DNA of 62,023 nucleotides, counting the filler. It is 14 parts of 14 records of this genome, joined end to end, with 100 filler letters (N's around TTAATTAATTAA, not from the genome) between each part and the next. Parts side by side here need not be neighbours in the genome. Positions count along the whole stretch, not along the records: positions 32,068 to 35,359 come from SRR15195285_8593; positions 35,460 to 39,809 come from SRR15195285_8597; positions 39,910 to 43,674 come from SRR15195285_8599; 11 more parts are not named here. One strand, 5' to 3'. The translations under genes and the position numbers were made by a program. Positions 32,526-43,774 of the stretch are shown piece after piece. How positions within the stretch are numbered: the first letter of the stretch is position 1; every line of letters starts with the position of its first letter. Under the pieces are notes generated by a model that saw only the letters and a program-made list of their open reading frames with translations, did no database searches and was not told the origin of the DNA.

Positions 32526-35129
32526 ATGATGACGGGACAGCTGTCGGGCGTGGTCGGAGTGCTGCTGCTGGGCGCGGTGGGCGGCGTGGCGGGGCAGGAA
32601 GTGATCGAGAAGAAGTACTGCGGGGTGGGCGCGGGGCCTGCTGGTGTGCAGCTCGGGTTCTTCTGGGAGACCTCGAAGCGCGACTACGTCATCCTGGAGA
32701 AGGCGGACGGCCCGGGCTCGTTCTTCCGGTGCGTGCGTACCGGCGCTGCATGGCTCTGCTAGGTGCGTCGCTGTCTGATCCCGCAGCCTGGAATGGAATG
32801 CGCAGGAAGTACCCGCGCCACCGCAACCTGATCTCCATCAACAAGCTCCGCACAGGGCACGAGGCGGACCTGCCCGCGCGCACAGAGGAGTACGACCTGC
32901 GTCATGACTGGAACGTGAGCTGTACCCTTGGCCGCTCCGCAGCGCGATGCCTGGCACCCCATCCATCTCAATCGCCCAGAAATTTACACCTGTCCACCTG
33001 GACTTACGCCTACGCGCGTTGGGTCTGCGCCAGTCGCTACTGAACGGCGAAAGCATCGGAGGCAACGGCGTCTTGATGGGGAACTTCAGTCAAGCGTACC
33101 TGCCTGTGGCTGACGACCTCGTGAAGTACATCGAGCACTTTGCGAGCGAGTACGACCTGAACATCGACTACGGCCAGACTGTCACACACATTGGGCGCGA
33201 GCAAGACGGCCGCCTGCGGGTGAGTGGCTCGGGCAAGGAGTACGTGTGCAAGACGGTGGTAGTAGCCACGGGCCTCGCCACCCCCGACGTGCCGGCATTC
33301 AAAGGATCCGAGCACCTGATGACCTACGACGACATGTCGACAAACCAGGACGACTACAAAGACAAGTCTGTGCTAATCATCGGGAAAGGGAACGCGGGAA
33401 TGGAGACGGCATCACATCTCCTCGACGTGGCCAACTATGTCCACGTGACGTCCCGCTCTCCGGTCCGGCTCTCAATCGCGACACACTACGTAGGAGACCT
33501 GCGGCTGACCGGTCGCGCAGGCCTGGTGATCGAAGGGTATCAGCTCAAGTCGATGAACGGTTTCTACGACACGAACTGGGATGCACTGATGGACAAGGTC
33601 GAGTTCAAGAAGTCGGAGGAAGACGGACGTATTCGTATCACCCCGCTTGAAGGCGGCCTCGCAAACAAATCTGCTGTCCGCAAATACGTGTACCCTCTGG
33701 ACCGCGCGTACGACACGGTGATTGCCTGCACCGGCTGGAAATTCGACAAGTCGATTTTCGCAGACGATGTAATGCCAGAGATGACGCCGATGAAGCCACG
33801 TCGTGACTTCACTGGTCAGTCTCCATGATCGGACACCAAAATCCGCTGCGAATGATCAATGCCGCCACCACCGATGTTGCTTGTAGTACGACGATGACCC
33901 TCCCCGCCGGCTAATAGAGTGTGTTGTTGGGATGACGTTGTTTTGCAGGCAAACGGTCTGACGATCCAGTGTTCAAGCAACGCTCGAAGAAGTACCCGCT
34001 GCTCGACGGCGGGTACCGATCTGCCAATGTCCCTGGGCTGTACTTCGCAGGGACGATCGCACACGGAAAGGACTGGCGAAAGGCCGCTGGCGGTTTCATT
34101 CACGGGTTTCGATACACAATACAGGCGCTGCACCGTGTGCTGGAGCTCGAGAATGAAGGACAGGCTTGGCCAAGCACAGATATTGCTATTGGCACACCTA
34201 AGGGCATGAAACCCAGCCTGATCTCTCCACTGCTTCCAATGATGCAGAAAATCAAGCAGCGCGTGAACGAGGCGTCTTCGTACTATCGTGAGTGCGGCTG
34301 AACGAGATGGCACACAAGCTATAGTTCAGGACTGGGCTTGCTTCTGCAGTTCATCGGTACCCGAGCTGACCATTTGTGCCTGCCGCGTTGCACTGGCTCA
34401 GAAATGTTTGGATTTTTGTGGGACGTGATTGCTTTCGACCCGGAAGACATGAGCAGTGCAAAGTATTACTATGATGTTCCCCGCGACTACGTTCACAACA
34501 AGCTCATCCCTGACAACTACTTCACGCTTGAGATCTCCTTTGAGTACGGCCCGACCCACCCCGACTGCCCAGGAGTTGCTCCCGGCCACCACCACGAGCC
34601 CGAGGGCGCCATGTGCGCAGCATCTTCCGCGCGCGACATTTTTAAGTCGGCGCGGACACCCTTCTCGAATCCAGGTTGGATGGGCGTTTCCGAGTTCTTA
34701 CACCCAGTATTCAAACTGCACTACCCGAAGGACGCAATGCCTAATAGCTTGCCAAAGCCAGCAAGCTTCAAGGGCTCACCCACTGCAGGACCGTTCACTA
34801 GTAAGAAGGTATGGTGGGGCATCAACCTGTTCATGGACCCGCATTTCCTGACGTCTCAGGGTGGCGCGTCGAAGGAATTCTTTGATTCATACCCCGACGC
34901 GTACTCACAGGAGGCAAACCCCGAAGGCATTGCTGTGTTGGAGTATCACATGCCTGAAGACTTCAACCTTGACTGGACGCCAGTGTCAAAGTGGAGCGGG
35001 TTTTACGAGTTCTTCAAGCACGGCGTGAGGGACGTCTACAGCGCGAAGTCCGAAGAGGGGCGCACCCCGGAGTGGGCACGATACGTCCCGGGTGTAAGTT
35101 TTGAAGACGATAAGGTCGGGTGGTGGTAG
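32526..35129 (+). CDS. FOXRED2: FAD-dependent oxidoreductase domain-containing protein 2 (ERFAD)-like; introns 32729-32805, 32915-33033, 33815-33948, 34288-34401
   Basis: Signal peptide; GAGPAG FAD motif; GSFFR|KYPRHRNLISINK; LRHDWN|SLL; IIGKGNAGME; THYVGDLR; AAGGFIHGFRYT; YQMFG; FLHPV. Confidence 0.9.
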
Positions 35130-35459
35130 ATGCTTGTGTCGTTGCTGCCGTCAGCCATAAGCGCTGCAAAGGTCTGCTGTACTAGATAATCATCGTTGGC
35201 GTCTAAAAAAACAGAAAATGATCCTGTACCTGCGTGGGTGGCATTTGGCAGTCTGCGCCTGAGCCTGCGATGTACTGTACATGTTCTACGATACTACCTC
35301 GGTAGTAGTAGTAGTAGAGTATCGTTTAAGCTGGATCCTATGAAGCAGCGTTTGTTGAANNNNNNNNNNNNNNNNNNNNNNNNNNNNNNNNNNNNNNNNN
35401 NNNTTAATTAATTAANNNNNNNNNNNNNNNNNNNNNNNNNNNNNNNNNNNNNNNNNNNN

Positions 35460-37777
35460 AGCCCGAGCCCGAGCCCGAGCCTGAGGAGGCTCCTGTTCAG
35501 CAGGTGGTTGGCACGAAGCCAAACGACCCCGTGCAGACTATGTCGGTAGACAAGGACCTGTCATCTGATGGAGTGATTGCGGTGAGTATGAAGATCCACG
35601 TGCGCGGGTTGCTGACGAAAGTGGACTTCAAGTTTGATGTCGTGGCCGATAGGGCCGAGACTGTAGCGAACGAGATGGCCCTGGACCTGCAAATCACGAA
35701 AGAGCAGCACATGCAGGTCATTGAGTTTATTGTGGACGCAGTGCGAAATCACAACGCTGGTGTGATGCCATGCGTCAAGACAGTAGTGCAGAGCGGGAGT
35801 GCAGGTAAACTCGCAGACGCACCAGTGTCAGGCCAGATTCCACCGGCTGGCCCGGCGTCCGCTGGTGTACCGGACGGGCATACGTCACCAGTACGACCGA
35901 CTGGCAGCGCTGTCACTTCGGACGCTGCAGTACTGGGGCCGATACGGTCTTCTCCGTCAACACAATCCAATGCGTCGAATGCGTCGATGGCATCATACGC
36001 TTCGGCCTCGTCTACGTCGCCGACAAGTGTGGGGGTAGATGCCGAAGTATCCGGCTATGCTACGGGGCAACAAGATGGCGCAGCCCCTGCCGCGCCGCGT
36101 AGCCACACTTCTTCCCCGCCGTACTCGGACAAAGGGGGGTCGGAAAACAGCCGGTCAGGATCTGCCAAGGACTTGTTGGACTTCCTCGATGCTGAGCCTG
36201 CGACTGCAGAACAACTGGAGGCGATTGCGCCAGACCAGGCACCTTCGGGTACAGCTGCAGCTATACCCACACCAGCTCCTTCGGTGCTGGATAGCAGCCT
36301 AGAACCAAGGGGTGCGTTAGATGCCAGCATAGAACCACGAGGTTCGCTAGATGCCAGCATAGAGCCGATTCCGGCTCCAACTGGTTCGGAGCCACTGGCT
36401 ACGGTGAAGTCCACAGGTTCCGAGCCCACGCCGCCGCTGATAGCATCTGTGGCGTCAGCGGGTGGCAGCTCCGCGCCCCTGGACCTGATAGACTTCAGCG
36501 ACGCCGAGGAACAGCAACGTGCTGATGCACCAGCGCCACGAATGTCACCCACACCTCAGACAGCATCGGACGCAGCTGGAGCGGAGTCGGTTATCAAGGA
36601 TACACCTGTCGCACCCTTGGTGACGCTGTCGGTTGGCACTGATGTGCTTGTAGTGGGTCTGCTCAACGCCGCACAACACAACGGTAAAAAGGGGGTTATA
36701 CGTTCGTACGATGCTGCAAAAGTCCGTTACGTGGTAGAAGTGACCACTGGGGAGCAGCTGAGCTTACGACCCGCGAACGTGCAGCTCCCGGAGGTCAAAA
36801 AGGACCCGTTTGAATCGCTAAACTTCACGAGCTCCAAATCTGACCGCGGGAAATCTTCGACCTCGATTTCGTCATCATCGTCCGGTAGCCTCTCTAGCGC
36901 TACCGCCAAGATGTCCAGCACAGCAGCAGCAGCCGCTGACACACCGTCATCGCCACTGCGTGCAGGCGCGGCTTCAGCGGCAACCGACGGTACCAGTGGG
37001 ACCGCAAGGGGTGACCCAGCGGTACCAGTGGCGCCTGCTCCTTCAACGCCACCCAAGGTCGACTCCAGTCTCGATCCGAACTCTAGTCTCGAGCCGAACT
37101 CTAGTATCGAGCCGGTCGCAGCGCCGGTGGCTTCGAGTCCCGCACCGCAAGTAGCGCTCTCATCTACTGCAGTGGTAGGAGAAAGCAGAGCAGCAGCAGG
37201 GCTGTCACAAACGGATCGCATGGCGATCCCCGGGACTGCGAATGGGGTGAGCGGAGCGGGCTTAGGTGCTCGCGGCCCCGTGGGCGACGCGCCGGCTGAT
37301 CTCTCGACTGCTGCGAGAAAAGTGTCGTCCTCGCAGTCAAATGTTGGCAGCCCAGACAAAACTCAGATCGAAGAGCTGCTGAAGAGTGCCAAAAAGGAAG
37401 ACATTCTACGCATGCAAAAGCTACTTAACGCTACGGTGGCGTCGATGGACGATAGTTTGGAGCCTCAGGATGGCGACGGTGGGGGCAAGAACGGTTCAGG
37501 TGGTCCGCAGCACGGTGAAGGAGGTAACGGCGTTGGCGGCGGCAATGGCCACTGCCATAGCCAAGGTGGGGGTATACCCGTGCCGACTGCGGATCCTGAA
37601 GCTCCTCTGGAGAGGTGGATGTTGGAGCACATCGACACTGCAGACCCAGAGGGCGCCCATGAAACTGCCGACGTGGTCACATCGCTGCTGGACGCAAAAC
37701 TACGAGCGATTTCGCAAACCGGGCTGGACACGTTGGGGAAACCAAGCGGCGGCGGTGGCGCACCTGCTTCCAGATAG
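35460..37777 (+). CDS. 5'-truncated protein with WNK/OSR1-type CCT-like domain, KOW/SH3-like small domain and Ser/Ala-rich disorder (possible WNK kinase 3' half)
   Basis: VDFKFDVVADRAETVANEMALDL resembles the WNK CCT motif (FxFD...D.AE.VA.EM). VGTDVLVVGL..HNGKKG..RYVV..LRPANV is a beta-barrel motif. No kinase domain is visible in the window. Confidence 0.65.
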
Positions 37778-37946
37778 TATAACGCTTGTCGCTCACAGCG
37801 AATTGTGCCTGAGACTCACGGGGTGCTTGAAGGACTGCATCGGCAGGATTTTGAGGCATGGATGGGCAGCAAGTGCTGACGGCCGTAATTCGTCTACAAT
37901 GTAGTATCCATTGGCTCACATGAATGCACTGCCGCCCTTCCCTTGC

Positions 37947-39809
37947 TTAACTGTTCTCTCCAGCTATACTCTTGCGCGTGCTGTCCTGAAGCTGGGGCAT
38001 CGCGTCCAACGCCGCCTCAAATGGTCGCCACTCAACCATTCCAGCGCACCAGAGCAGCTGCCCTGCACCTGGCACGAACCCGCCGCTCCGCAGTAGGCGC
38101 AGCAGGTCTGCAGCAGAGACTGGGCCTCGGCGGGTCTGCCCGACGCTCGAGCCTTCAGCCATACCGCTCGAGAACTCATCCTGTTGACAGCACGCAGAAC
38201 CAAGAGCATTATTGCGACGTTTGCAGCTAGGCTAATAACGGCAGAGCGCGAGGACAAATCTGCAATGTCCACAACACACACTCACCTCAACGTTTTCCGT
38301 GTAGTATATCACTGCCGCGCGCTCACGTTCGCGGTCGCTCGAGGTGCCACTCACAATGCCTGTGTCCAGTAGATTGTCCGCACTGGTGTGATCCACTGTA
38401 TCGGCAGCAGCTGCAGCTGCGAGGTACGACCCGAGAAGCCGAAGGTCCCGTGCGAGCAGCTCCGCCTCAGTGGGGAGCACTGCCTCGAGTAGCAATGTGA
38501 CTGGCCGATGATCGGACACCTCGAACGATGGTTCCATGCGGGCGTCATAGTGCCGACCGCGTATTCGCCGATCCGAGGATGACGCGACGCCAGACGCACC
38601 ATCGTCGACGTCGCATTGGCCACGCTTAGCGCGGAATAGAATTCTGTCTGTCCAACTAGGCGTTCTAGCTTTGGGCGGCGCAATATCATACTCTGTACTG
38701 CCTGGCTGAAACTTGTATGTTGGAGGGAATCTGATCGCTTCCTCAACCCAGCCGGCGCAGGCAGGGTCGCCGGTCGTGCGCGCGACGTGCAGCTGGTCGT
38801 GCTGCAGCAACCCAGCTATTGTGTCTTCCATGCCGCCCGTCACGTCCCCAGTTGCTTCATGCTCTTGCCGTTGTTGCAGCGCTGCATCGTGCAGCGCACG
38901 CGCAGTCTCTTCTGGAGGAAGGTCCAGCCGGTAGTTCAGGTCGCCAAAGAAAGCGGCGATATCGGCTTTGCGAGTAGCCGCTTCCTCTACCGCAAGTGCT
39001 GGCGATTGTTGTCTCGCACCGCCTCCAATGGCCGATTCAAATGCCAGGCTCTTCTCAATGTGCCTCCAATCTGACTCACGCCGACTCGCCGCAGTCTGCC
39101 CAGCTGCGAGATGCGCCGCAACGAGCACCACTGACGTCCCGTGCATCATCATCCGCACGCCGCACGCTCCCTTGTTGCCTGTCTCCGGCAAGCCAAGGCC
39201 GCGCATCTCCTCTCCAAGGGCCCGAGCGCCGGCGATGAGACCGCCAAGCCTGCTGCCCGGACCCATGACTTTCTCCACGCCATTGGCAAAACCATCCACC
39301 CCTGAAGATAACCCGGCGCCGCAGCCGACAGTCGCAGGAACAACCTCTCTTACGTATTGGAAACGATCTGAGCGCACAAAGACTGCGAGGAAGACGCCCA
39401 CCATTTGCTGAATGCACACCTCTCGATATCCTAGCCCACCTGCGGCTGAGGCAAGCTTCTGCGCCCACGCTTCGCCGGTCGCGGTTTCGATTTTCCGCAG
39501 TTTGTTGACAGCCGCTGCCTCGGCCGACAGTTCGCGGACCTGGGTGCTCACGCGCTCGAGCACGTTCGCCCCAAAAGCCTCTGCGGACATCTCAATCTCT
39601 TGGAGTCCGACTGCCACCAGCTCCGGGGCATTGCTGCTCAATCCTACGCCTTCGGGACGATCTTCCGCCGGCTGCAACAGCGACGACAGGCTGGCCGAGG
39701 TCAGGGTCGCCACATCGCACTCGCCGACGTTCCAGGTGACGACCCGGATACGCAAGCTCGGTGCGTCCGCCGACGGTTTGAGCTCGGGCTCGGGCTCGGG
39801 CTCGGGCTC
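37947..39809 (-). CDS. Inositol polyphosphate 5-phosphatase with C-terminal GYF_2-like domain, 5'-truncated; intron 38181-38285
   Basis: VTWNV, VGLQE, GNKGACG, AHLAAG, FFGDLNYR, FPPTYKF, PSWTDRIL, SDHRPV. The spliced tail reads IYY..RGPVS..L..LLRSG..LLWCAGMVEWRP. Confidence 0.9.
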
Positions 39810-40466
39810 NNNNNNNNNNNNNNNNNNNNNNNNNNNNNNNNNNNNNNNNNNNNTTAATTAATTAANNNNNNNNNNNNNNNNNNNNNNNNNNNNNNNNNNN
39901 NNNNNNNNNTGGGTATGCTAGCATAGTAGGGGTGGGCCAGCCCACAGCGCGCCCCCAGCCCATGCTACCCCATCTCACCTTGCAGCCTCCGTCTTGGCCT
40001 CGAAGGGTGTGGCACACGGGGCCCACTCGGTGCAGCGGTTGGTTGCCCGTTGCTAGATACTATTCAATCCTGACTGATTCTGATCGATCAGAAGTGAGGC
40101 GCATACGAAATGAAAATGTTGAGGTGCTCGTGACTGAAAAAATGACTAGAAACACAAACAGTTCAGTCAGAGAGACAATTCAGGAATCCCAACATTCAAG
40201 CGTCGGAGTTCATACCAATAGCTAGGGGCAGGCCTAATCATGTAGATCTATAATAGCCGCATCGTGATAGCCGGGCCGGGCAGCTGATATGTTATGAGGA
40301 ATGTGCAGTTGACTGACTGACTGAGTGACTGACCATGGCAGCGATGATGACGGCGCTGGTGATGATGGCGGCGCTCTACAGCAGCGACAACTAGCCGATA
40401 CCCACACACACCCACCCGATACGCGATAGGGAGAGCCACCACACGGCCGGCCCGATCCAACGCTCG

Positions 40467-43400
40467 ATGGCGGTGCGCGCCCGGGGTGCCGGCGTGATGG
40501 CCGAGGGCGGGGACATGGCGGCGATCATTAACGGCGGCATTGCCGCACCAGGAGGAGCCCCGCAGCTCAACAGGGACAACCTGATGCAGAGGCCGATGAC
40601 CAGACCGCCGCCAAACTTACCGCCGGCGGGGAGGCCGAGGCTGCCGCAGGGGGCCAACAACGTGGACAGCCTGGACGCGTTCCTGGATCCGGCGCGGCCG
40701 CAAGGGCTCGGCCGAGCGCGGGACGAATTGGGCCCTGCCCGTTGGGCTCTGCCGCCCGACTTGCGTGCGGCGCCTCCGGGTGGTGGCGGTGGCGGCGGTG
40801 GTGGTGGCGGCGGCGGCGGTTTCGGGGCTGCGCTGGGCGATCTGCCGGCGCAGGTTGCGCAGATGGCGAGCAGGCTGGGGCAGCTGGAGCAAGAGAACGC
40901 GTTGATGCGCCGCACGATGGAGATGCGCGACGCGGAGGTTCGCAAGGCAGCCCAGCTGGACCAGACGGTCAAAGGGGTGGCGCGCCAGATGACGGAGATC
41001 GACGAGACCCTGCGCCGCGCCAGCAACGCGCACGACGGAGCCGCCCGCCGCATCCGCGCCCTGGAGGACGCCGTCGGGTACGGCAGCGACACAGGCGGCG
41101 CGCATGCGGGCCGCCTGCACACGCTTGAAGAGGCGATGCGCGCCGTGCAGGCGGAGTGCCAAGGGCTGGCCAACGAGCTGGGCAGCGCCGCGGGCGAGCG
41201 ATCCCAGACGGCGCAGAAGGCCCAGTCCTCGCTGGACGAGGTGAGTGCGCAGCTGTCCGACCGGCTGCAAGGCGTCGAGGCGAACCTCGGAGTGCAGCTG
41301 CGCACCGTGCAGGACGAGGCGCGGGCTCGAGACGAGGCGACCAAAGCCGCCTTGCAGCAGCTGAGCGAGGACGCGAACACGCAGTTCGCGGAGGTCAATG
41401 GGGATGTTATCCCCGGGCTCGACCGCTCGCTGCGCGACCAGCTCGAGGAACTGCGGCGAGTGGTGGAGAGCTCGGTTACGCAGATGGCGGAAGACTTGGC
41501 CTCCACCCGCGAGCGCGCTGAGCGGGACCGCGGCAGCATCCGGACGGACCTCAAGGACCTGCAGGGCGTCGCGCAGAAGGGTTTGTTGACGCTGCGAGCG
41601 GAGTCCGAGAAGCAGGGCAAGACGCTCGCCTCTATCATCAAGGAGGAGATTGCGACGCGCACTCTCAACTTCGAGACGGTCAACAAGCAGATCGAGGAGG
41701 TGCGGCTGCAGCTGGATGCCGATATGTCGGCCAGCGGGAACGACCTGGCCGCAGCCCGACAGGAGATGCAGTCACAGTTCGAGATGAACGCCAGTGCCCT
41801 CGACGCCGTACGTGAGGACCTGGAGACTGTGCGCACCAGCACCATCGATACCTACCTGGAAAATCTCAGAGGAGAAATGCTGAGTGTTGTGGAGCAGCGA
41901 CACGGCACATGCATGGAGACGGTGAAAGGATACGGCCTAGCAACTGAGCAGGAGCTGCGCCAGGTCGCAAATCGCATTGTGAAAGAAGAGATGACCCGGG
42001 CAGAAGCTGACAGCGACGAGATGAAGGCTTTGGAGCAGCTTAAGGAGCAGGTGAACCGCAGTGTAGAGGACTGGCACACAGCCATGGACAAGTTCGACGC
42101 CCAGCACGCAGCGGAGCAGAAGAAACGCGTGGAGGCAGAGAAGGCGATCAAGGTTGACCTTGAGGGCCAGGTTTCTAGCCTGCGGACCAAGACGGAAGAG
42201 AACTATGAGGCTCAGCTCGTGCTGCTGGAGGGTGTGCGGGACGAGCTGCACGCAAAGGTCGACCAAACAGCCGAAACGCTGAACTCGACAATGACCCTTC
42301 AGAAGAAAGAGAGCGACAGGGCGATCGATCGGGCCGTGACGAGTGCTGAATCGCGTGCGGACACCCTGGAGTCCGCTCTGGAGCGCGACATTGCGTCGGT
42401 ACGTGGCGAGCTGAGCGGAGTTGAAGAGGAGTTGACAAAGCTGCAGGATGAAAGCCGCCAGACACTGATTGGCTTCCGCGAATATATGGAAACGGAGTTT
42501 GAGTCGACCGCGGCAGCACGCGAGGAGATGCGTGATGAGCTGAAGGCGAGCATCGATACTTCCTACCAGGACAGCAAGAACGACTGCGAATTTGCGGTGA
42601 AGGATCTCGAGGACCGCACGCGCAACGAGATGGCGGAAGAGATCAATTCCGCTCGCGATGAGCTTGGCGACGAAATGAAGGAGCTGTCCAAGGAGCTGTC
42701 CACTGCCATTTCTTCGAACAAGGAGGAGATTGAGGAGCTGAGCAAGCTGCGGGGCGAGATGCAGGGAATGCGAGTGAGGGTGACTGCGAACGCAGTGAGC
42801 ATTACCGGCCTGGACAGCAAGACCAAGGCAGAGAGTGAGAGGTTGGCAGCGGAGATGGAGAGGCAGAGCCAAACGTCTGACGCAACACTGCAGGAGGTGA
42901 CACGGCTGGTGGCAGACACGAACGAGACAATGGGCGCGATGTCCGACAAGATCGTGGAGTTTGAGAGCACCCTGAATGCCTGCAGTTTGGCGACTGATCG
43001 CAACGCGGATGCTCACGCTGACGCAGTTGCTGCACAGCAGATGGCAGAGCAAAGCTTGCGAGTGCAAGCATCGAAGCTGGAGGAGCGCCTCGCCAAGCGG
43101 GTGACACTAGGAGATTTTGAAGAGCTGAATAAGCAAATGGAGCAGCAGGCAGCTGGTCAGCAAGCAGCGGCTCTTGCTGCCTCGCAAAAAAGTGAGGCAG
43201 AGGTGAAGCGCGTTGAAGACAGATTGAATAAGTTCGGCCATCTGTTGCAGATGAATTCTGAGAAAGATGAGATTTCAGAACAGGAAATGACTGCCAAGAT
43301 CTGCGCTGTTTTGCCGCCCGAGGTCGCCAAGCTGTTCGAGCAGCAGGGCAACGAAGACATCGACGCGCTGGTCTCGATGTTGAAGAAGCAACGACAAGCC

Positions 43401-43674
43401 GAAGAGGAAAAGACGCAGGCGGCAGTGGCTAAGAAGATCGAAGCGGCGGAGGCAGCAGTGAAGGCCGTGCAAGGCACCGTAGAGACAGTGCAGACAGCGC
43501 AGGCCGAGTCTGGTGCGACCAAGGAGGAACTACAAGCCGTCGGAGAGCAGGTGAGAGAGGCTAAGGAAGAGCTGAGTGCGCTCAAGTCGGCAGTCGAGGC
43601 TGCAGCCAAAGAGACAGAGGCTAAGGAGGCAGAGGCGGCCAAGAAGGCAGAGGCAGCCAAGGAGGCAGAGGCAG
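40467..43674 (+). CDS. Long coiled-coil protein with Pro/Gly-rich head, 3'-truncated
   Basis: Uninterrupted ORF of over 1,000 codons with strong codon bias and heptad-rich composition. Start may be 40467, 40497 or 40516-region ATG. Confidence 0.85.
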
Positions 43675-43774
43675 NNNNNNNNNNNNNNNNNNNNNNNNNN
43701 NNNNNNNNNNNNNNNNNNTTAATTAATTAANNNNNNNNNNNNNNNNNNNNNNNNNNNNNNNNNNNNNNNNNNNN

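Noticed and set aside
32526-35129. Fragmented ORFs of FOXRED2, PAN3, the MFS transporter and the EF-hand genes as pseudogenes or recoding
   Set aside because: Every break is explained by a frame-preserving spliceosomal intron under the standard code.
40391-43660. Long antisense ORFs opposite coiled-coil and dynein genes (e.g. 40391-41845, 41937-43067, 14878-16098)
   Set aside because: Shadow ORFs from GC-rich codon bias; Ser-rich and without motifs.
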